Shown: piece by piece, positions 1 through 14,866 of the stretch
Numbering within the stretch: the first letter of the stretch is position 1
Layout of the letters: each line of letters starts with the position of its first letter
Source of the DNA: an uncultured delta proteobacterium
GTDB taxonomy: Bacteria > Myxococcota_A > Polyangia > Polyangiales > Polyangiaceae
NCBI GenBank assembly: GCA_963841435.1
Contig: CAWJCS010000003.1
Location: 1,344,001-1,408,000 of the forward strand
DNA length: 64,000 bases
Direction: 5' to 3'
Made by a program: the position numbers and the translations under genes
Notes under the pieces: generated by a model
What the model was told of the DNA's origin: nothing
What the model saw: only the letters and a program-made list of their open reading frames with translations
Databases searched by the model: none

Positions 1-960
1 CGGCGCCTCCGCCACCTGCACTCCCCAATATCAGCCCTCCTCCGTCGTCTGCCGGTCAGCCGCAGGCGCCTGTGACGTCGCCGAGTCCTGCACCGGGTCT
101 TCCGCGAGCTGCCCCAACGACACGCTCGTCGCGAGTGGCACCGTCTGCCGGCCCGCTGCGAGCGCTTGTGACGTCGCCGAGGCGTGTGACGGCGCGAGCC
201 CAGCCTGCGACGCCGATGCCGCCGCTCCCGTGGGCACGCCCTGCGGCGGCACGCCGAGCGGTGTCTGCGACGCCCAGGACACCTGCTCGGGAACCGTCGG
301 CGCCTCCGCCACGTGCACCGCCAACTACCAGCCGGCCTCCGTCGTCTGCCGACCTGCGGCTGGCGCTTGTGACGTCGCCGAGGCGTGCACCGGGGCTGCC
401 ACGAGCTGCCCCAACGACACGCTCGTCGCGAGTGGCACCGTCTGCCGGCCCGCTGCGAGCGCTTGCGACGTCGCCGAGGCGTGTGACGGCGCGAGCCCAG
501 CCTGCGACGCCGATGCCGCCGCTCCCGTGGGCACGCCCTGCGGCGGCGCGCCGAGCGGTGTCTGCGACGCCCAGGACACCTGCTCGGGAACCGTCGGCGC
601 CTCCGCCACCTGCACCGCCAACTATCAGCCGGCCTCCGTCGTCTGCCGACCTGCGGCTGGCGCTTGTGACGTCGCCGAGGCGTGCACCGGGGCGTCCAGG
701 AGCTGCCCCAACGACACGCTCGTCGCGAGTGGCACCGTCTGCCGGCCCGCCGCGAGCGCCTGTGACGTCGCCGAGGCCTGTGACGGCGCGAGCCCGGCCT
801 GCGACGCCGATGCCGCCGCTCCCGTGGGGACGCCTTGCGGCGGCGCGCCGAGCGGTGTTTGCGACGCCCAGGACACCTGCTCGGGAACCGTCGGCGCCTC
901 CGCCACGTGCACCGCCAACTACCAGCCGGCCTCCGTCGTCTGCCGGCCCGCGGCAGGCGA
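1..960 (+). repeat. Near-identical 297-bp (99-aa) tandem intragenic repeat, 3 full copies plus a partial one
   Basis: cggcgcctccgccac(c/g)tgcac recurs at 1, 298, 595 and 892. Confidence 0.95.
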
Positions 961-2404
961 CTGTGACATCGCCGAAGCGTGCAGCGGCGCTTCGGCGAGC
1001 TGTCCGAGCGACGCGCTACGGCCCTCGGCCACGGTCTGCCGGCCCGCCGCGGGCAGCTGCGACGTACCCGAGGCGTGCACCGGTACGGCCCCCGCATGCC
1101 CCCAAGACGCGCTCGTGTCGGCGGGCACCGTGTGCCGCGACGCCGTGAGCGAGTGCGACGCGGCGGAGACCTGCACGGGAGCGAGCCCGAGCTGCGCGGC
1201 CGACGCCGCCAAGCCCGTGGGGACGGCATGCGGAGCAGCGCCGAGCGGCGCGTGCGACGCGCAAGACACCTGCTCCGGAACGGTCGGCGCGTCTGCGGCT
1301 TGCTCGGCGATGTTCCAACCGTCCGGGACCGTGTGTCGTTCCGCTGCGGGCGATTGCGACGTCGCCGAGGTGTGCACGGGCGCGGCCGCGGCCTGTCCGA
1401 GCGACGCGCTTTCGGCGTCGGGGGCAACGTGCTCGGACGGCGACGCGTGCACGAGCGGCGACGCCTGTGACGGGACGGGGGCGTGCACGCCGGGCGCGGC
1501 GCTCGACTGCGACGACCAAAACCCGTGCACGGCGGACGGCTGCGATCCCACGCTGGGATGCGTCGCGACACCCGTGCCCGACGGCACGGCATGCAGCGAC
1601 GACAACGCCTGCACGGCCGGCGACGCCTGCACGAGTGGCAGCTGTGGCGCCGGACCCGCGCTCGACTGCGACGACCAAAACCCGTGTACGATCGACCAGT
1701 GCGACACCGGCTCGGGGTGCGTGCACGTGCTCGCGTCCGCCGGGGCCGCCTGCGAGGACGGCGACGTTTGTACGAGCGGCGACGCCTGCGACGGGACCGG
1801 CACCTGCACGCGCGGGAGCCCGCTCGACTGCGACGACGGCAACGAGTGCACGGCGGACGTTTGCCGCCAGCGGCGTGGCTGCGTGCACGACGCGCTCGAT
1901 GGGCGCCCCTGCAGAGCGGGCGCAGGGCGCTGCGTCGGCGACACGTGCGAGCTCGGTCCCGATGGCAGCGCCGGCGAGAGCGGTGCACCGGGCGAGGGCG
2001 GCTCCTCCGGCTCGGCGGGATCGACCGCCGGTCGCGGTGGCGCGACGACGGGCGGCGTGTCGAGCGGGGGCACGAAGACGGGCGGGAGTGCCGCGACGGG
2101 CGCCGCAGGATCGAATGGTGAGGCCGGCGAGGGCCTCGGCGGCGAGGGCGGCGAGGGCGGCGAGAGCACCGGTACCGGGGCGAAGGCACCCGAGCCGCCC
2201 TTCATCACGCATCACCGAGGATGCGGTTGTCGCGCTAGCCCGAGCCCCGGGGGCCAGAGCGCGTGGTGGCTCGGCATGATGCTGGCGTCGATGCTCGTCC
2301 GACGACGCGGACGAGTGGAACGGCGCGCCTCGACCTCATTTCGGCGCGGGACTGGGGTCGCCTCAACCCATCCCCCGCCGCCGGGTCGCAAAGCTCGACG
2401 CTAG
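2..2404 (+). CDS. Cys-rich repeat surface protein, 5'-truncated: disintegrin-like repeats, Dictyostelium CTDC-like repeats, Gly/Ser linker, MYXO-CTERM-like sorting tail
   Basis: Frame is open from base 2. Repeats VCRPAAGACDVAEACTG..CP.D and CDDQNPCTxDxCD. C-terminus is GCGC + hydrophobic segment + RRR. Confidence 0.85.
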   Translation, partial: GASATCTPQYQPSSVVCRSAAGACDVAESCTGSSASCPNDTLVASGTVCRPAASACDVAEACDGASPACDADAAAPVGTPCGGTPSGVCDAQDTCSGTVGASATCTANYQPASVVCRPAAGACDVAEACTGAATSCPNDTLVASGTVCRPAASACDVAEACDGASPACDADAAAPVGTPCGGAPSGVCDAQDTCSGTVGASATCTANYQPASVVCRPAAGACDVAEACTGASRSCPNDTLVASGTVCRPAASACDVAEACDGASPACDADAAAPVGTPCGGAPSGVCDAQDTCSGTVGASATCTANYQPASVVCRPAAGDCDIAEACSGASASCPSDALRPSATVCRPAAGSCDVPEACTGTAPACPQDALVSAGTVCRDAVSECDAAETCTGASPSCAADAAKPVGTACGAAPSGACDAQDTCSGTVGASAACSAMFQPSGTVCRSAAGDCDVAEVCTGAAAACPSDALSASGATCSDGDACTSGDACDGTGACTPGAALDCDDQNPCTADGCDPTLGCVATPVPDGTACSDDNACTAGDACTSGSCGAGPALDCDDQNPCTIDQCDTGSGCVHVLASAGAACEDGDVCTSGDACDGTGTCTRGSPLDCDDGNECTADVCRQRRGCVHDALDGRPCRAGAGRCVGDTCELGPDGSAGESGAPGEGGSSGSAGSTAGRGGATTGGVSSGGTKTGGSAATGAAGSNGEAGEGLGGEGGEGGESTGTGAKAPEPPFITHHRGCGCRASPSPGGQSAWWLGMMLASMLVRRRGRVERRASTSFRRGTGVASTHPPPPGRKARR

Positions 2405-3219
2405 AGCTTGGACACGTTGAACGTGAAGCTGCGGTCGTTCGGACCGGTGAGCGTCACGGCGATGGTGTCGGCGTCAACGCGCGAGAAGTCGAGGGAGAGG
2501 TGCTTGTCTTCCGGAGTCGTGAGCGTGTAGCTGCCGGCCTGGGGCACCGGATCGGCCCAGCGCATCTCGACGCCGTTGACGCCGAGGTTCCAGTCGCCGC
2601 GAGCTCCGCTCCACGAGCGCGTGCCCACGATGCGGATGCCCTCCGCGATGCCGCCGTCCAGCGCCATCTGCGTGCGATCGCCGTCGCCCACGCCCGTGCG
2701 CCCCGACGCGAGGTGCGTCCACTCCGCATGGTGCACGACGTGCCGCTCCTTGGCGGCAAAATCCCAGGTCACGTCGGCGTCGCCGTCGAGCATGATCACG
2801 CCATTCGAGAAGGCGCTCCACTCGTGGTGGACGAGCACCTGGTCGTCGGCGTTCTTCTCGACGCTCACGGTCGTCGTGCCCGTGAACTCGTGTCCACGGT
2901 AGCTGCAGTTACCGGGGTTCACACCGTATTCCACCGTCAGCGTGGCACCCGACAGCGTGACCTCGGCGCACGGCAGCTGGCTCTCGACGAAGCTCCGGAT
3001 TTCACCCGCGGCCTGCTCGAGCGCGGCTCCGAGCGTGAAATTGGTCGAAATCTCGATACTTGCCGATGCGAGTGCATCCGCCTCCGTGGCGTCGCTCGAC
3101 TCCTCGAGGGCGGCTTGAGCCTCCGCGCGGGTGAACGGCTCTTCGCTCTTTTCGCGCGGGCAACCGGCGAGCACGAAGGAGAAGGGCAGGGCAAGCAGGG
3201 CGATGTGATTGAAACGCAT
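2401..3219 (-). CDS. Hypothetical beta-rich lipoprotein
   Basis: MRFNHIALLALPFSFVLAGC lipobox; GGAGG RBS at 3231-3235. Confidence 0.75.
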   Translation of the reverse strand: MRFNHIALLALPFSFVLAGCPREKSEEPFTRAEAQAALEESSDATEADALASASIEISTNFTLGAALEQAAGEIRSFVESQLPCAEVTLSGATLTVEYGVNPGNCSYRGHEFTGTTTVSVEKNADDQVLVHHEWSAFSNGVIMLDGDADVTWDFAAKERHVVHHAEWTHLASGRTGVGDGDRTQMALDGGIAEGIRIVGTRSWSGARGDWNLGVNGVEMRWADPVPQAGSYTLTTPEDKHLSLDFSRVDADTIAVTLTGPNDRSFTFNVSKL

Positions 3220-3248
3220 GGTCGTTGGGTCCTCCAGACAGGATGACC

Positions 3249-3265
3249 AAGCAGGGGGCGTGCCA
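3249..3265 (-). promoter_or_regulatory. Putative sigma54 (-24/-12) promoter
   Basis: Minus strand reads TGGCACGCCCCCTGCTT (GG-N10-GC), 30 nt upstream of the lipoprotein ATG. Confidence 0.55.
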
Positions 3266-3301
3266 GCGCCCGTGCGCACCTCCACCTACCGCCGTCATGG
3301 G

Positions 3302-3631
3302 TCAGCCGCCGGCCGCCCCACGTCGCCCGGCTCGGATCTGAGCGACCGCCCACGGTCCGAGCACGTTCCTCAGCTGTTGCTCTCGCCCGGGGTCGAGCCC
3401 GCGCGAGACGAGGCGTGGTCGCCCGCCCTCGACCACGATGCGTACCTCGGCGCGCTCGATGGCGTCGTCGCTGAGCAAGTCCTCGAAATCGTCGAAGAGA
3501 CGGTCCGGGAGGCGCCCCTTCGCGAGGCGGGGCTTGCCCTCGACCACGTCGACCCGCGCGAGAAGCGGCGGACCACGCAGCACCCAGAGCACGAGCGACA
3601 GCGTCAGGACGGCGAGCACGAGCGGCCACAT
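3302..3631 (-). CDS. Small membrane-anchored protein, DUF3634-like
   Basis: N-terminal [20 protein letters not shown], then [13 protein letters not shown] and QQLRNVLG. Confidence 0.6.
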   Translation of the reverse strand: MWPLVLAVLTLSLVLWVLRGPPLLARVDVVEGKPRLAKGRLPDRLFDDFEDLLSDDAIERAEVRIVVEGGRPRLVSRGLDPGREQQLRNVLGPWAVAQIRAGRRGAAGG

Positions 3632-3704
3632 CGAGCGCCTGATACGACCTCGGCGGGCGACGCGCCAACGCCCCGAGCCGCTGCGGCAGCGCCGGGCTGC
3701 GCGC

Positions 3705-5812
<2,108 letters not shown>

Positions 5813-6067
5813 TATCCAAAAGTAAACCACATCGAGCCGGTGACGTCCGCTCCACTCCCGTTTGTGCCCGCGTTTCGGGCTCCGCCTCCCGCTCGATGCG
5901 ACGCTCGGCGCGGAGCGGCCCAGCGCGGCGTCGGCGGCGTTTCAGTCGAGCGGCCGACCTGAACGCCTGGAGAGGTGCATGAAGACGTTGAAACATTTGA
6001 AAGAACGGCTGTGGGCGTTGGGGCAGACGAGCACCCCGAGCTAGGATGCCGCCTCGCCGTACCCTCC

Positions 6068-8320
<2,253 letters not shown>

Positions 8321-8323
8321 GCC

Positions 8324-8896
8324 CTACGGATCCAGCGGGAAGAGCTCGGTCACCTGCGCGTCGGATGCGACGATCTCGTCGCCCGCGAGCCACGACACGT
8401 AGGTGCCACCGCACGCGCCGTCGAGCAGGACGTCGACGCTGACACCGGCGCCCGGCTCGGTCTGCAGCGTGAAGGCGTCGATGTCGTCGCCCGTGGTCGT
8501 GAGGAGCTGCACGGCGTTCGGATCCGGATCGCCGACGAAGCGCGCCAGAGAGTCGCTCGGCTCGAGACCTTCGGGCGCCACGTCCGAAAGCTCCGCGTCG
8601 ATCGTGCTCACGATGAGGTCCCACTCGCAGGGAAGCCCGCTGTAGAAGGTGTCGCAGCTCACGGCGAAGCGCCAGAAACCGCCACCCGCGTACTCCACCG
8701 TCGCGCCAGCGCCGAGCCCCGGGTCGAGGTCCAGAAAGCCGCTGCGATCGATGTCGGTCTGCAAGATGCCTGGGGCGCAACCGTCGTCGTAGTAGCCGTC
8801 GTCGTAGCCCGAGTGGTGGCCGCCGGAGTCGTGATCGCCGTAGCAGCCGGTGGCGAGCGCCGCGACCAGCAGCGCGGCTCCGGCGCGGCTCGTCAT
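8324..8896 (-). CDS. Hypothetical lipoprotein
   Basis: LATGC lipobox; start overlaps the stop of the upstream gene. Confidence 0.65.
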   Translation of the reverse strand: MTSRAGAALLVAALATGCYGDHDSGGHHSGYDDGYYDDGCAPGILQTDIDRSGFLDLDPGLGAGATVEYAGGGFWRFAVSCDTFYSGLPCEWDLIVSTIDAELSDVAPEGLEPSDSLARFVGDPDPNAVQLLTTTGDDIDAFTLQTEPGAGVSVDVLLDGACGGTYVSWLAGDEIVASDAQVTELFPLDP

Positions 8897-10056
8897 CGCC
8901 GCACCCGCGTGTGCGGGACCCCGGGGGCGCGCGTCGGAGCGAGGCGTGGCTCGGTGCGCTTGATGTCAAAGCTCGACGGACGTGGCGCGCGACGCGTGGG
9001 CGAGGGGGCGGGTGTGCGCTCGACGGGGGCGAGGCGCGGCGCCGGCAAGCGTTGGCGCGGCGCCGGCGACGGAAGCGGCGCCGGCGTGGAGCGCTCGGGG
9101 GCGAAGCCTGGAGCGCGCCGCGAAGCGGGCGCCGGAGCCCGGAGTGGCGCCGCGGGGGCAACGGGGGAACGCGCGGCGACGCTCGGCGCCGAGACCCGCT
9201 TTCGCGGCACGGCGCGGTCCGGGACGTTGGCAGCGCGCGTCGTTGGGCTCTGCGGCACCGCGCGGACGCGATCGGGCGGGTGAGGCGACGCAGGATGGTA
9301 CGGCCGCGTGTGCGATGCCGCGTAGCCCACGTGATAGTGATCGCGAACCACGTAGTGGTGCACGTGGCCGTAGAACACGTACTGGGTGGGGCAGAAGACC
9401 CAGGGGTAGTACCACCCGTAGCCGTAGACCAAGGCCACGCCGCCGAACCACACCCATGCGGGCGGCAGGGGCGCCCACCCGATGTAGCCGTACGAGCCCG
9501 TGCGCCAAGCCACCCAGGCCGGCGCATACCGCAGACCGGGAATCCAGACCCAGCCCCGCGCGTCGGTCCAGACCCAGCGCCCGTAGTGGAACACGACGCC
9601 ACCGAACGGATAATCGCTGACCCAGATCCAGTTCTGGCCTTCGTCGAGCGCCCAGTGGCCACTGCTGACGTAGGGCGCGAAGTCCCGGCCGACGACATGC
9701 CCGTAGGGCACCCACACGCGTCCGTAGACCCCGTCGTCGACCCAGGTGCCGTAGGGGGCAAGCTCGGTGTTCCACGCGGTGAGCGCGCGCGGATCCTGAT
9801 CTTCGGTGCTGGCGGCGGGCGCCTGCTCTTCCCCACGCGCCAGAAGGGGGCTCGGCGCGAGCGGCGGGCGCGGGTCGGGCGCCGGGCTCGCGGCAGCGGG
9901 CGCCGCCTTCGGTGAGGTCCCTGACGCCGTGGGCGCGGGGGCGTCGAACCAGCCGTCGTCCTCCTGGGCGACGGCGCGGGGCGAGATTGCCGAGACGGCG
10001 ACCACGGCGAGCGCGAGCCGCGCGAAGGGGACGAGCGTCTTCACGAGACCGATCAT
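8893..10056 (-). CDS. Secreted Trp/Tyr-rich protein (DUF6600-like) with Pro-rich tail
   Basis: Signal peptide; LAPYGTWV, GHW..WIWVSDYPFG..FHYGRW, WVWIPG..APAWVAWR. Confidence 0.75.
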   Translation of the reverse strand: MIGLVKTLVPFARLALAVVAVSAISPRAVAQEDDGWFDAPAPTASGTSPKAAPAAASPAPDPRPPLAPSPLLARGEEQAPAASTEDQDPRALTAWNTELAPYGTWVDDGVYGRVWVPYGHVVGRDFAPYVSSGHWALDEGQNWIWVSDYPFGGVVFHYGRWVWTDARGWVWIPGLRYAPAWVAWRTGSYGYIGWAPLPPAWVWFGGVALVYGYGWYYPWVFCPTQYVFYGHVHHYVVRDHYHVGYAASHTRPYHPASPHPPDRVRAVPQSPTTRAANVPDRAVPRKRVSAPSVAARSPVAPAAPLRAPAPASRRAPGFAPERSTPAPLPSPAPRQRLPAPRLAPVERTPAPSPTRRAPRPSSFDIKRTEPRLAPTRAPGVPHTRVRR

Positions 10057-10262
10057 GGTCCCGCGACCGGCCTCGAGCAACCGACTCCACCGCGACACGG
10101 CGACGATTTCATCGGTCGGGGCGGCGCGAGAGTTGCGCGATGACGCTCGCACGGCGTGCGACTTCGAGCACATGGCGACGATAGTACGCCCGCGCTCCAT
10201 GCACCCTTCCCGCCGGACGCCCGTCCTCGGCGAGCCCGGCGAGCGCCCACCCATGCTGCGGC

Positions 10263-11075
10263 ATGGCAGACTCGCCGCCGTTGGCCTGCATGTTACGCCC
10301 GATGCTGATTGCCGCAGCGCTTTCCGCGGCATGCGCGCCGAACGCGGCGAACGCGCCCTCGGCGCCGCCGAGCCGCGCGGACGCGGGAAAAGCGGGCACG
10401 GCCCCCATCCCGGAGCGGGAGGCGGAAGCGCCCGACGCCCGAGCGGGAGCGCTCGCGGTGCCGGGGTTCGGCGACGCCGTGCTCGTCGCGCCCGCGACGA
10501 GCGACCCGCTGCCGTTGTTCTGCGCAGCGCACGGCGCCGGCGACGGCCCGGAGTATCAATGCGAGTACTGGTCGGCCGCGCTCGCGGGGCGCTACGTCGT
10601 CGTGTGCCCGCGCGGGCGTTCGCTCGGCAAGAACCAGGGGGGCTACTACTTCGAAAATCACTTCACCCTCGAACGCGAGGTGCTCGCCGTCGTGGACGCC
10701 GTGCGCGCGGCGCTCGGGGCGCGGCTGTCGGCGAGCGACGGCGTCTACGCGGGCTACTCGCAGGGCGCCACCATGGGTGCGCTGATGCTCGTGGATCACG
10801 GCAGCCTCTTTCCGCACCTCCTGCTCGTCGAGGGTGGCTCCGGAGAGTTCTCGCTTTCGCGCGGGCGGCGTTTTCGCCAAACCGGGGGCAAGAGCGTGGC
10901 GATCGTCTGTGGGACGTCACCTTGCGCGGCACGCGCGCGGCGCACGGTGACCGTGCTCGAGCGTGCCGGCCTGCGCGCACGGGCCGAGCACGTGGAGGGC
11001 GGAGGCCACACCTACGACGGCGAGGTCGGGGAGCGCGCCATCGACGTGCTCTTTCACTGGCTCGTCGGGAGCTGA
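10263..11075 (+). CDS. Alpha/beta-hydrolase fold lipoprotein
   Basis: HGAG oxyanion motif, GYSQG nucleophile elbow, GGGHTY His; LSAAC lipobox. Confidence 0.7.
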   Translation: MADSPPLACMLRPMLIAAALSAACAPNAANAPSAPPSRADAGKAGTAPIPEREAEAPDARAGALAVPGFGDAVLVAPATSDPLPLFCAAHGAGDGPEYQCEYWSAALAGRYVVVCPRGRSLGKNQGGYYFENHFTLEREVLAVVDAVRAALGARLSASDGVYAGYSQGATMGALMLVDHGSLFPHLLLVEGGSGEFSLSRGRRFRQTGGKSVAIVCGTSPCAARARRTVTVLERAGLRARAEHVEGGGHTYDGEVGERAIDVLFHWLVGS

Positions 11076-11093
11076 AGCTCCGGGCGCGAGCCG

Positions 11094-13049
11094 TCAGCGA
11101 TGCGCGTCGAGCTGCTCGCGCACGATCCTGAGCAGCATGTCCGGTTCGTACGGCTTCGACAGGAAGGCGACGCCCGAGCCCGGCTCGCCCATGCCGCCCA
11201 GCGCGTCCGTGTAGCCGCTGCAAAGCACGACGGCCACCGAAGGCGCGATCGCGCGGATCTCGGCGATGGCCTCGGCGCCGCTCTTGTTGGGCATCACGGC
11301 ATCGGCGAGCACGAGTCGGATGGCCGTCGGGCTTTCGCGAAAACGCTCGACCGCCTGCTCACCGTCGTCGGCAGTGACGACCTCGTAGCCTGCACGTTGC
11401 AAGATGCGCACGACGACGGCCCTGACGCGTGCCTCGTCTTCGGCGACCAGGATCGTTTCGCGGCCGCCGACCACGGGCGACTCCACCTTCGTCCCCACGT
11501 CGGCTGCGTCACGCTCCGCGACCGGAAGGTACACCTTGAAGGTCGTGCCCTTGCCGACCTCGCTGTAGACGTGCACGAAGCCGCCGTGCCGCTGCACCGT
11601 GCCGTACACGCTCGCGAGGCCGAGTCCCGTGCCGTGGGGCTTGGTGGTGTAAAACGGCTCGAACACGTGGTCGAGCGCCTCCGGCGGGATACCCACGCCC
11701 GTGTCGGTGAGACTCACGAGCACGTACCGCCCTGGGCGAGCCCAGGGGTGCGTCTCCCGGAACCGTCCGTTGATGACGACGCTCTCGGTCTCGATCGCCA
11801 GCTTGCCGCCGTTGGGCATGGCGTCGCGGGCGTTGACGCACAGGTTCACGACCACCTGCTCGAGCTGCCCGCGATCGGCGAGCACGCGCGGCAGCCGGTG
11901 AGCGGGGATCAGGTCGATCTCGACGCTCTCGGGCAGCAATCGGCGCAGCAGCCGGAGCGTGTCCGAGAGCACGGCGTTCATGTCGAGCGCGGCCTGATTG
12001 AGCGGCTGGCGCGTGCTGAACGCCAACAGCTGGCGAGTGAGCTCGGCGGCGCGATTCGCTGCGGCTGTCGCCTCCAAGAGCAGCTGATTGCGTTCGCCGG
12101 GCTCTTCGCTGCGACCCGCAAGCGTCATGTTGCCGATGATGGCGACGAGCAGGTTGTTGAAGTCGTGCGCCACGCCCCCGGCGAGCTGCCCGATGGCCTC
12201 GAGCTTCTGCGAGCGCTGGTGCTGAGTCTCCGTGCGCTTGCCGTGGGTGATGTCGAGCACTCCGCCGATGAGCCGAGTCGTCTTGCCGCTCGCGTCGCGG
12301 AGCGCACGCCCCTTGGCGATGATCCAGCGCACCGACCCATCGGGCACGACGATTCGGCAGGAAAAGTCCTGGTAGGTGCCCGTCTCGACCCCCGCGGCCA
12401 TGCTCGCCCGCATGCGCTCGCGGTCGTCGGGATGCATGCGGTCGATGAAGTCCTCGAAGGCAATGCGCTGCTCGTCCTCGGGCCACACGAAGATGCGCCT
12501 GGCCGCGGCGTCCCACGTGACCTGGTCGCTCGCGACGTCCCACGACCACTGTCCCATGCCCGATGCCTCGAGCGCCCAGCGCAGCTGTTCGTCGCGGAGC
12601 GCGAGCGCTGCTTGAGCTTCCTTTTGAGGCGAGACGTCGGTTCCGATGCAGAGCAACCAACTGAACGCGCCGTCACGTTGGATGGGGACGATGCGCGTGT
12701 CCCAAAAGTGACCGGTCCGGCTCCGAACCTCGACGCGCTGCGGGTGCTTCGACTTCACGGCATCCGAGAGGGCACTGCGCCAGGCCGGCCGATACTCGGG
12801 CGGTAGAAAGTCCGCCGAGTCACGACCGATGATCGCCTTCGCATCGGCCCCCGGGACCGTGCGACTCACGTACAGGAGCTTCCCCTCGAGATCGAGAATC
12901 GAGATCACGTCGGGCGAGTGGGCGAGAATGCCCGCGAGCCACTCGGCACGGTCGACATCCACGCTCGTCGCGCCGGCGCCCTCGGTGGCGAGGGCGTTCC
13001 TGAGCTCGGAGAGATCGTCGAGCAGCCGCTCAACCAGCCTCTTGTCCAT
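11094..13049 (-). CDS. PAS-PAS hybrid sensor histidine kinase (HisKA-HATPase-REC)
   Basis: [25 protein letters not shown]-terminal REC (VAEDE, KPY). Confidence 0.92.
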   Translation of the reverse strand: MDKRLVERLLDDLSELRNALATEGAGATSVDVDRAEWLAGILAHSPDVISILDLEGKLLYVSRTVPGADAKAIIGRDSADFLPPEYRPAWRSALSDAVKSKHPQRVEVRSRTGHFWDTRIVPIQRDGAFSWLLCIGTDVSPQKEAQAALALRDEQLRWALEASGMGQWSWDVASDQVTWDAAARRIFVWPEDEQRIAFEDFIDRMHPDDRERMRASMAAGVETGTYQDFSCRIVVPDGSVRWIIAKGRALRDASGKTTRLIGGVLDITHGKRTETQHQRSQKLEAIGQLAGGVAHDFNNLLVAIIGNMTLAGRSEEPGERNQLLLEATAAANRAAELTRQLLAFSTRQPLNQAALDMNAVLSDTLRLLRRLLPESVEIDLIPAHRLPRVLADRGQLEQVVVNLCVNARDAMPNGGKLAIETESVVINGRFRETHPWARPGRYVLVSLTDTGVGIPPEALDHVFEPFYTTKPHGTGLGLASVYGTVQRHGGFVHVYSEVGKGTTFKVYLPVAERDAADVGTKVESPVVGGRETILVAEDEARVRAVVVRILQRAGYEVVTADDGEQAVERFRESPTAIRLVLADAVMPNKSGAEAIAEIRAIAPSVAVVLCSGYTDALGGMGEPGSGVAFLSKPYEPDMLLRIVREQLDAHR

Positions 13050-13186
13050 CCAACCTCGAGCCCTCCACCCTGTCATGTCTCCTCACCGAACGGAATCCAA
13101 ACCGCGCCGCGGCTCTGCTATCGGTGAGGGGTGCGCGCACCCCGGCCGAAACCCCGTGAATCCCCGGCTGCCCTCGCTGCCAGATC

Positions 13187-14866
13187 TCAGGGGCGGCGCT
13201 CGGCCGTGCCCGCCGGACGGCTCGGGCGGGCGTAGAGCCACACGATGGGGACGCCGTCGAAGAGCCGCATCTCGACGGGCGACACGGTGCCGTAGTCGAC
13301 CCACACCTGGTACTCGACCCGCTGCATGTGTTGCTCGTGATGGTAGAGCGCGAGGGACGACGCGCTGATCGACAGCGTGGCCCTGAGATCGCTCCGGACG
13401 CGACCGTCCTCGCGCAAGAGCTCCCAGCTTGCGAGCGCGGTGTCGTGGAGGTAGACGGCGGCATTCGGTGGCGCGCGTTCGTTCAACGCATCCGTCAAAA
13501 CGCCCGTCGTGTAGCCCCAAAAACCTCGGTTCTGGCCGAGGCTCGCGGCGCCCGGGACGCCGCCGACGAGCGGCGTGTAAAAGCTCAAGCCGTACGGGTG
13601 CGCATGGAGCGACATGAGCACCGGTCCGATGAGGCAGCTTCCGAGCAAGGCCCCCGCCACGGCGGGCTCGTGGCGGACGGAGAAAGGGTGGCACGCGGCG
13701 ACTCTTCGTCGCACGAGCGATAATCCGCGCCCGGCAAACAGGCAGAGGAACGGGTACGCGGTGATCCAATGCTTCGTGCCGCCGAAGATCGGCGTGTCGC
13801 TCGAAAGCCAGGGTGCATAGCTCACGAGCAGGCCGACGAGCCAAAAGGCGTCGAGCGACGTGCGGTCGGTCTTGGAGCGAGCGAGCGCGGCGCGCCCGCC
13901 GTCGTAAAGGCCGATCGCGAACAGGCAGAGTGTGACGGCCGGGACCGTGCCGAGCGTCATGAGCCACGCGTAGAGGCGAGGCATGGGCGGCTTGTAGTAG
14001 GTCTGCCCCAGAAACTCCATGTTGTAATAGTCGTGCTCGAGGTGGAATCGCACCCACTCGGCGAGACGCTGGAAGGTGTCGAACCAGATCCAGGGCCAGA
14101 CCAAGTAGAAGACCACGGGGCCGAGCAGCAGCACCGACAGGAGCGCGGGCGGGACGAGCGGGCCCTCGCGCGGCAAGCCACGACGGTGGCGCAGCACGCG
14201 CACGAGAGCGAGGTGCAAGACGATCGCGAACGGGAACAGCCAGGCGTTGTGCTTGGTATCGAGGAAGAGGCCGTAGAGGACCCCCGCCGCAATCACGAAG
14301 CCGCGGCTCCGCTCGACCAGGCCACGATAGTACGCGTAGCCCGTCACCAGCCACATGGCCGCGGCGGCAACGTCGAGACAGGCAAGGTGCGCGTGAAAGA
14401 AAACGTGCGGCAAAAACGCGAAGGCCGCTGCCGAGAAGAAGCCGGCAAGGCGGCCCATGGCCTGACGACCCCAGAGGTAGATGACGGCGACGGCCAGGCC
14501 GCCCATGGCCATCGCGGGGAAGCGATAGGCGGTGCCGCTCTCGGCGAACAGGTGATGCCGCTCGTACAAGAAGCGGTGCGACAACGCGAAGAGCGTCTTC
14601 ATCAGACCGGGGTGCTCGTGCACGGGGCCGAAGTGGCGGTCGATGAAGCCCTGACGAAAGGCGTCCCAGCCAACCGAGTCGAGCACGTCGAACCACCCCT
14701 CGACGGCGCGCGCCGCGACGGCGTAAAAGCCCTCGTCGCGCGCGTAACCGAGTTGCCGCGTGCCCGCGAGCAGGATGGCGACGTAGACGAGCCCGAGGCC
14801 GGCCGCGAACGCGAGGTCGTTCCGATCGGGCGCCGTCTCCGACTCGTCGTGGTCAGCCTCGCTCAT
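13187..14866 (-). CDS. GT-C (ArnT/PMT_2-like) membrane glycosyltransferase
   Basis: GYARDEGFY, EHPGL, many TM helices. Confidence 0.75.
   Translation of the reverse strand: MSEADHDESETAPDRNDLAFAAGLGLVYVAILLAGTRQLGYARDEGFYAVAARAVEGWFDVLDSVGWDAFRQGFIDRHFGPVHEHPGLMKTLFALSHRFLYERHHLFAESGTAYRFPAMAMGGLAVAVIYLWGRQAMGRLAGFFSAAAFAFLPHVFFHAHLACLDVAAAAMWLVTGYAYYRGLVERSRGFVIAAGVLYGLFLDTKHNAWLFPFAIVLHLALVRVLRHRRGLPREGPLVPPALLSVLLLGPVVFYLVWPWIWFDTFQRLAEWVRFHLEHDYYNMEFLGQTYYKPPMPRLYAWLMTLGTVPAVTLCLFAIGLYDGGRAALARSKTDRTSLDAFWLVGLLVSYAPWLSSDTPIFGGTKHWITAYPFLCLFAGRGLSLVRRRVAACHPFSVRHEPAVAGALLGSCLIGPVLMSLHAHPYGLSFYTPLVGGVPGAASLGQNRGFWGYTTGVLTDALNERAPPNAAVYLHDTALASWELLREDGRVRSDLRATLSISASSLALYHHEQHMQRVEYQVWVDYGTVSPVEMRLFDGVPIVWLYARPSRPAGTAERRP

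Noticed and set aside
1-960. Tandem repeats as a CRISPR array
   Set aside because: Period is 297 bp, in frame and coding, with no unique spacers and no cas genes.
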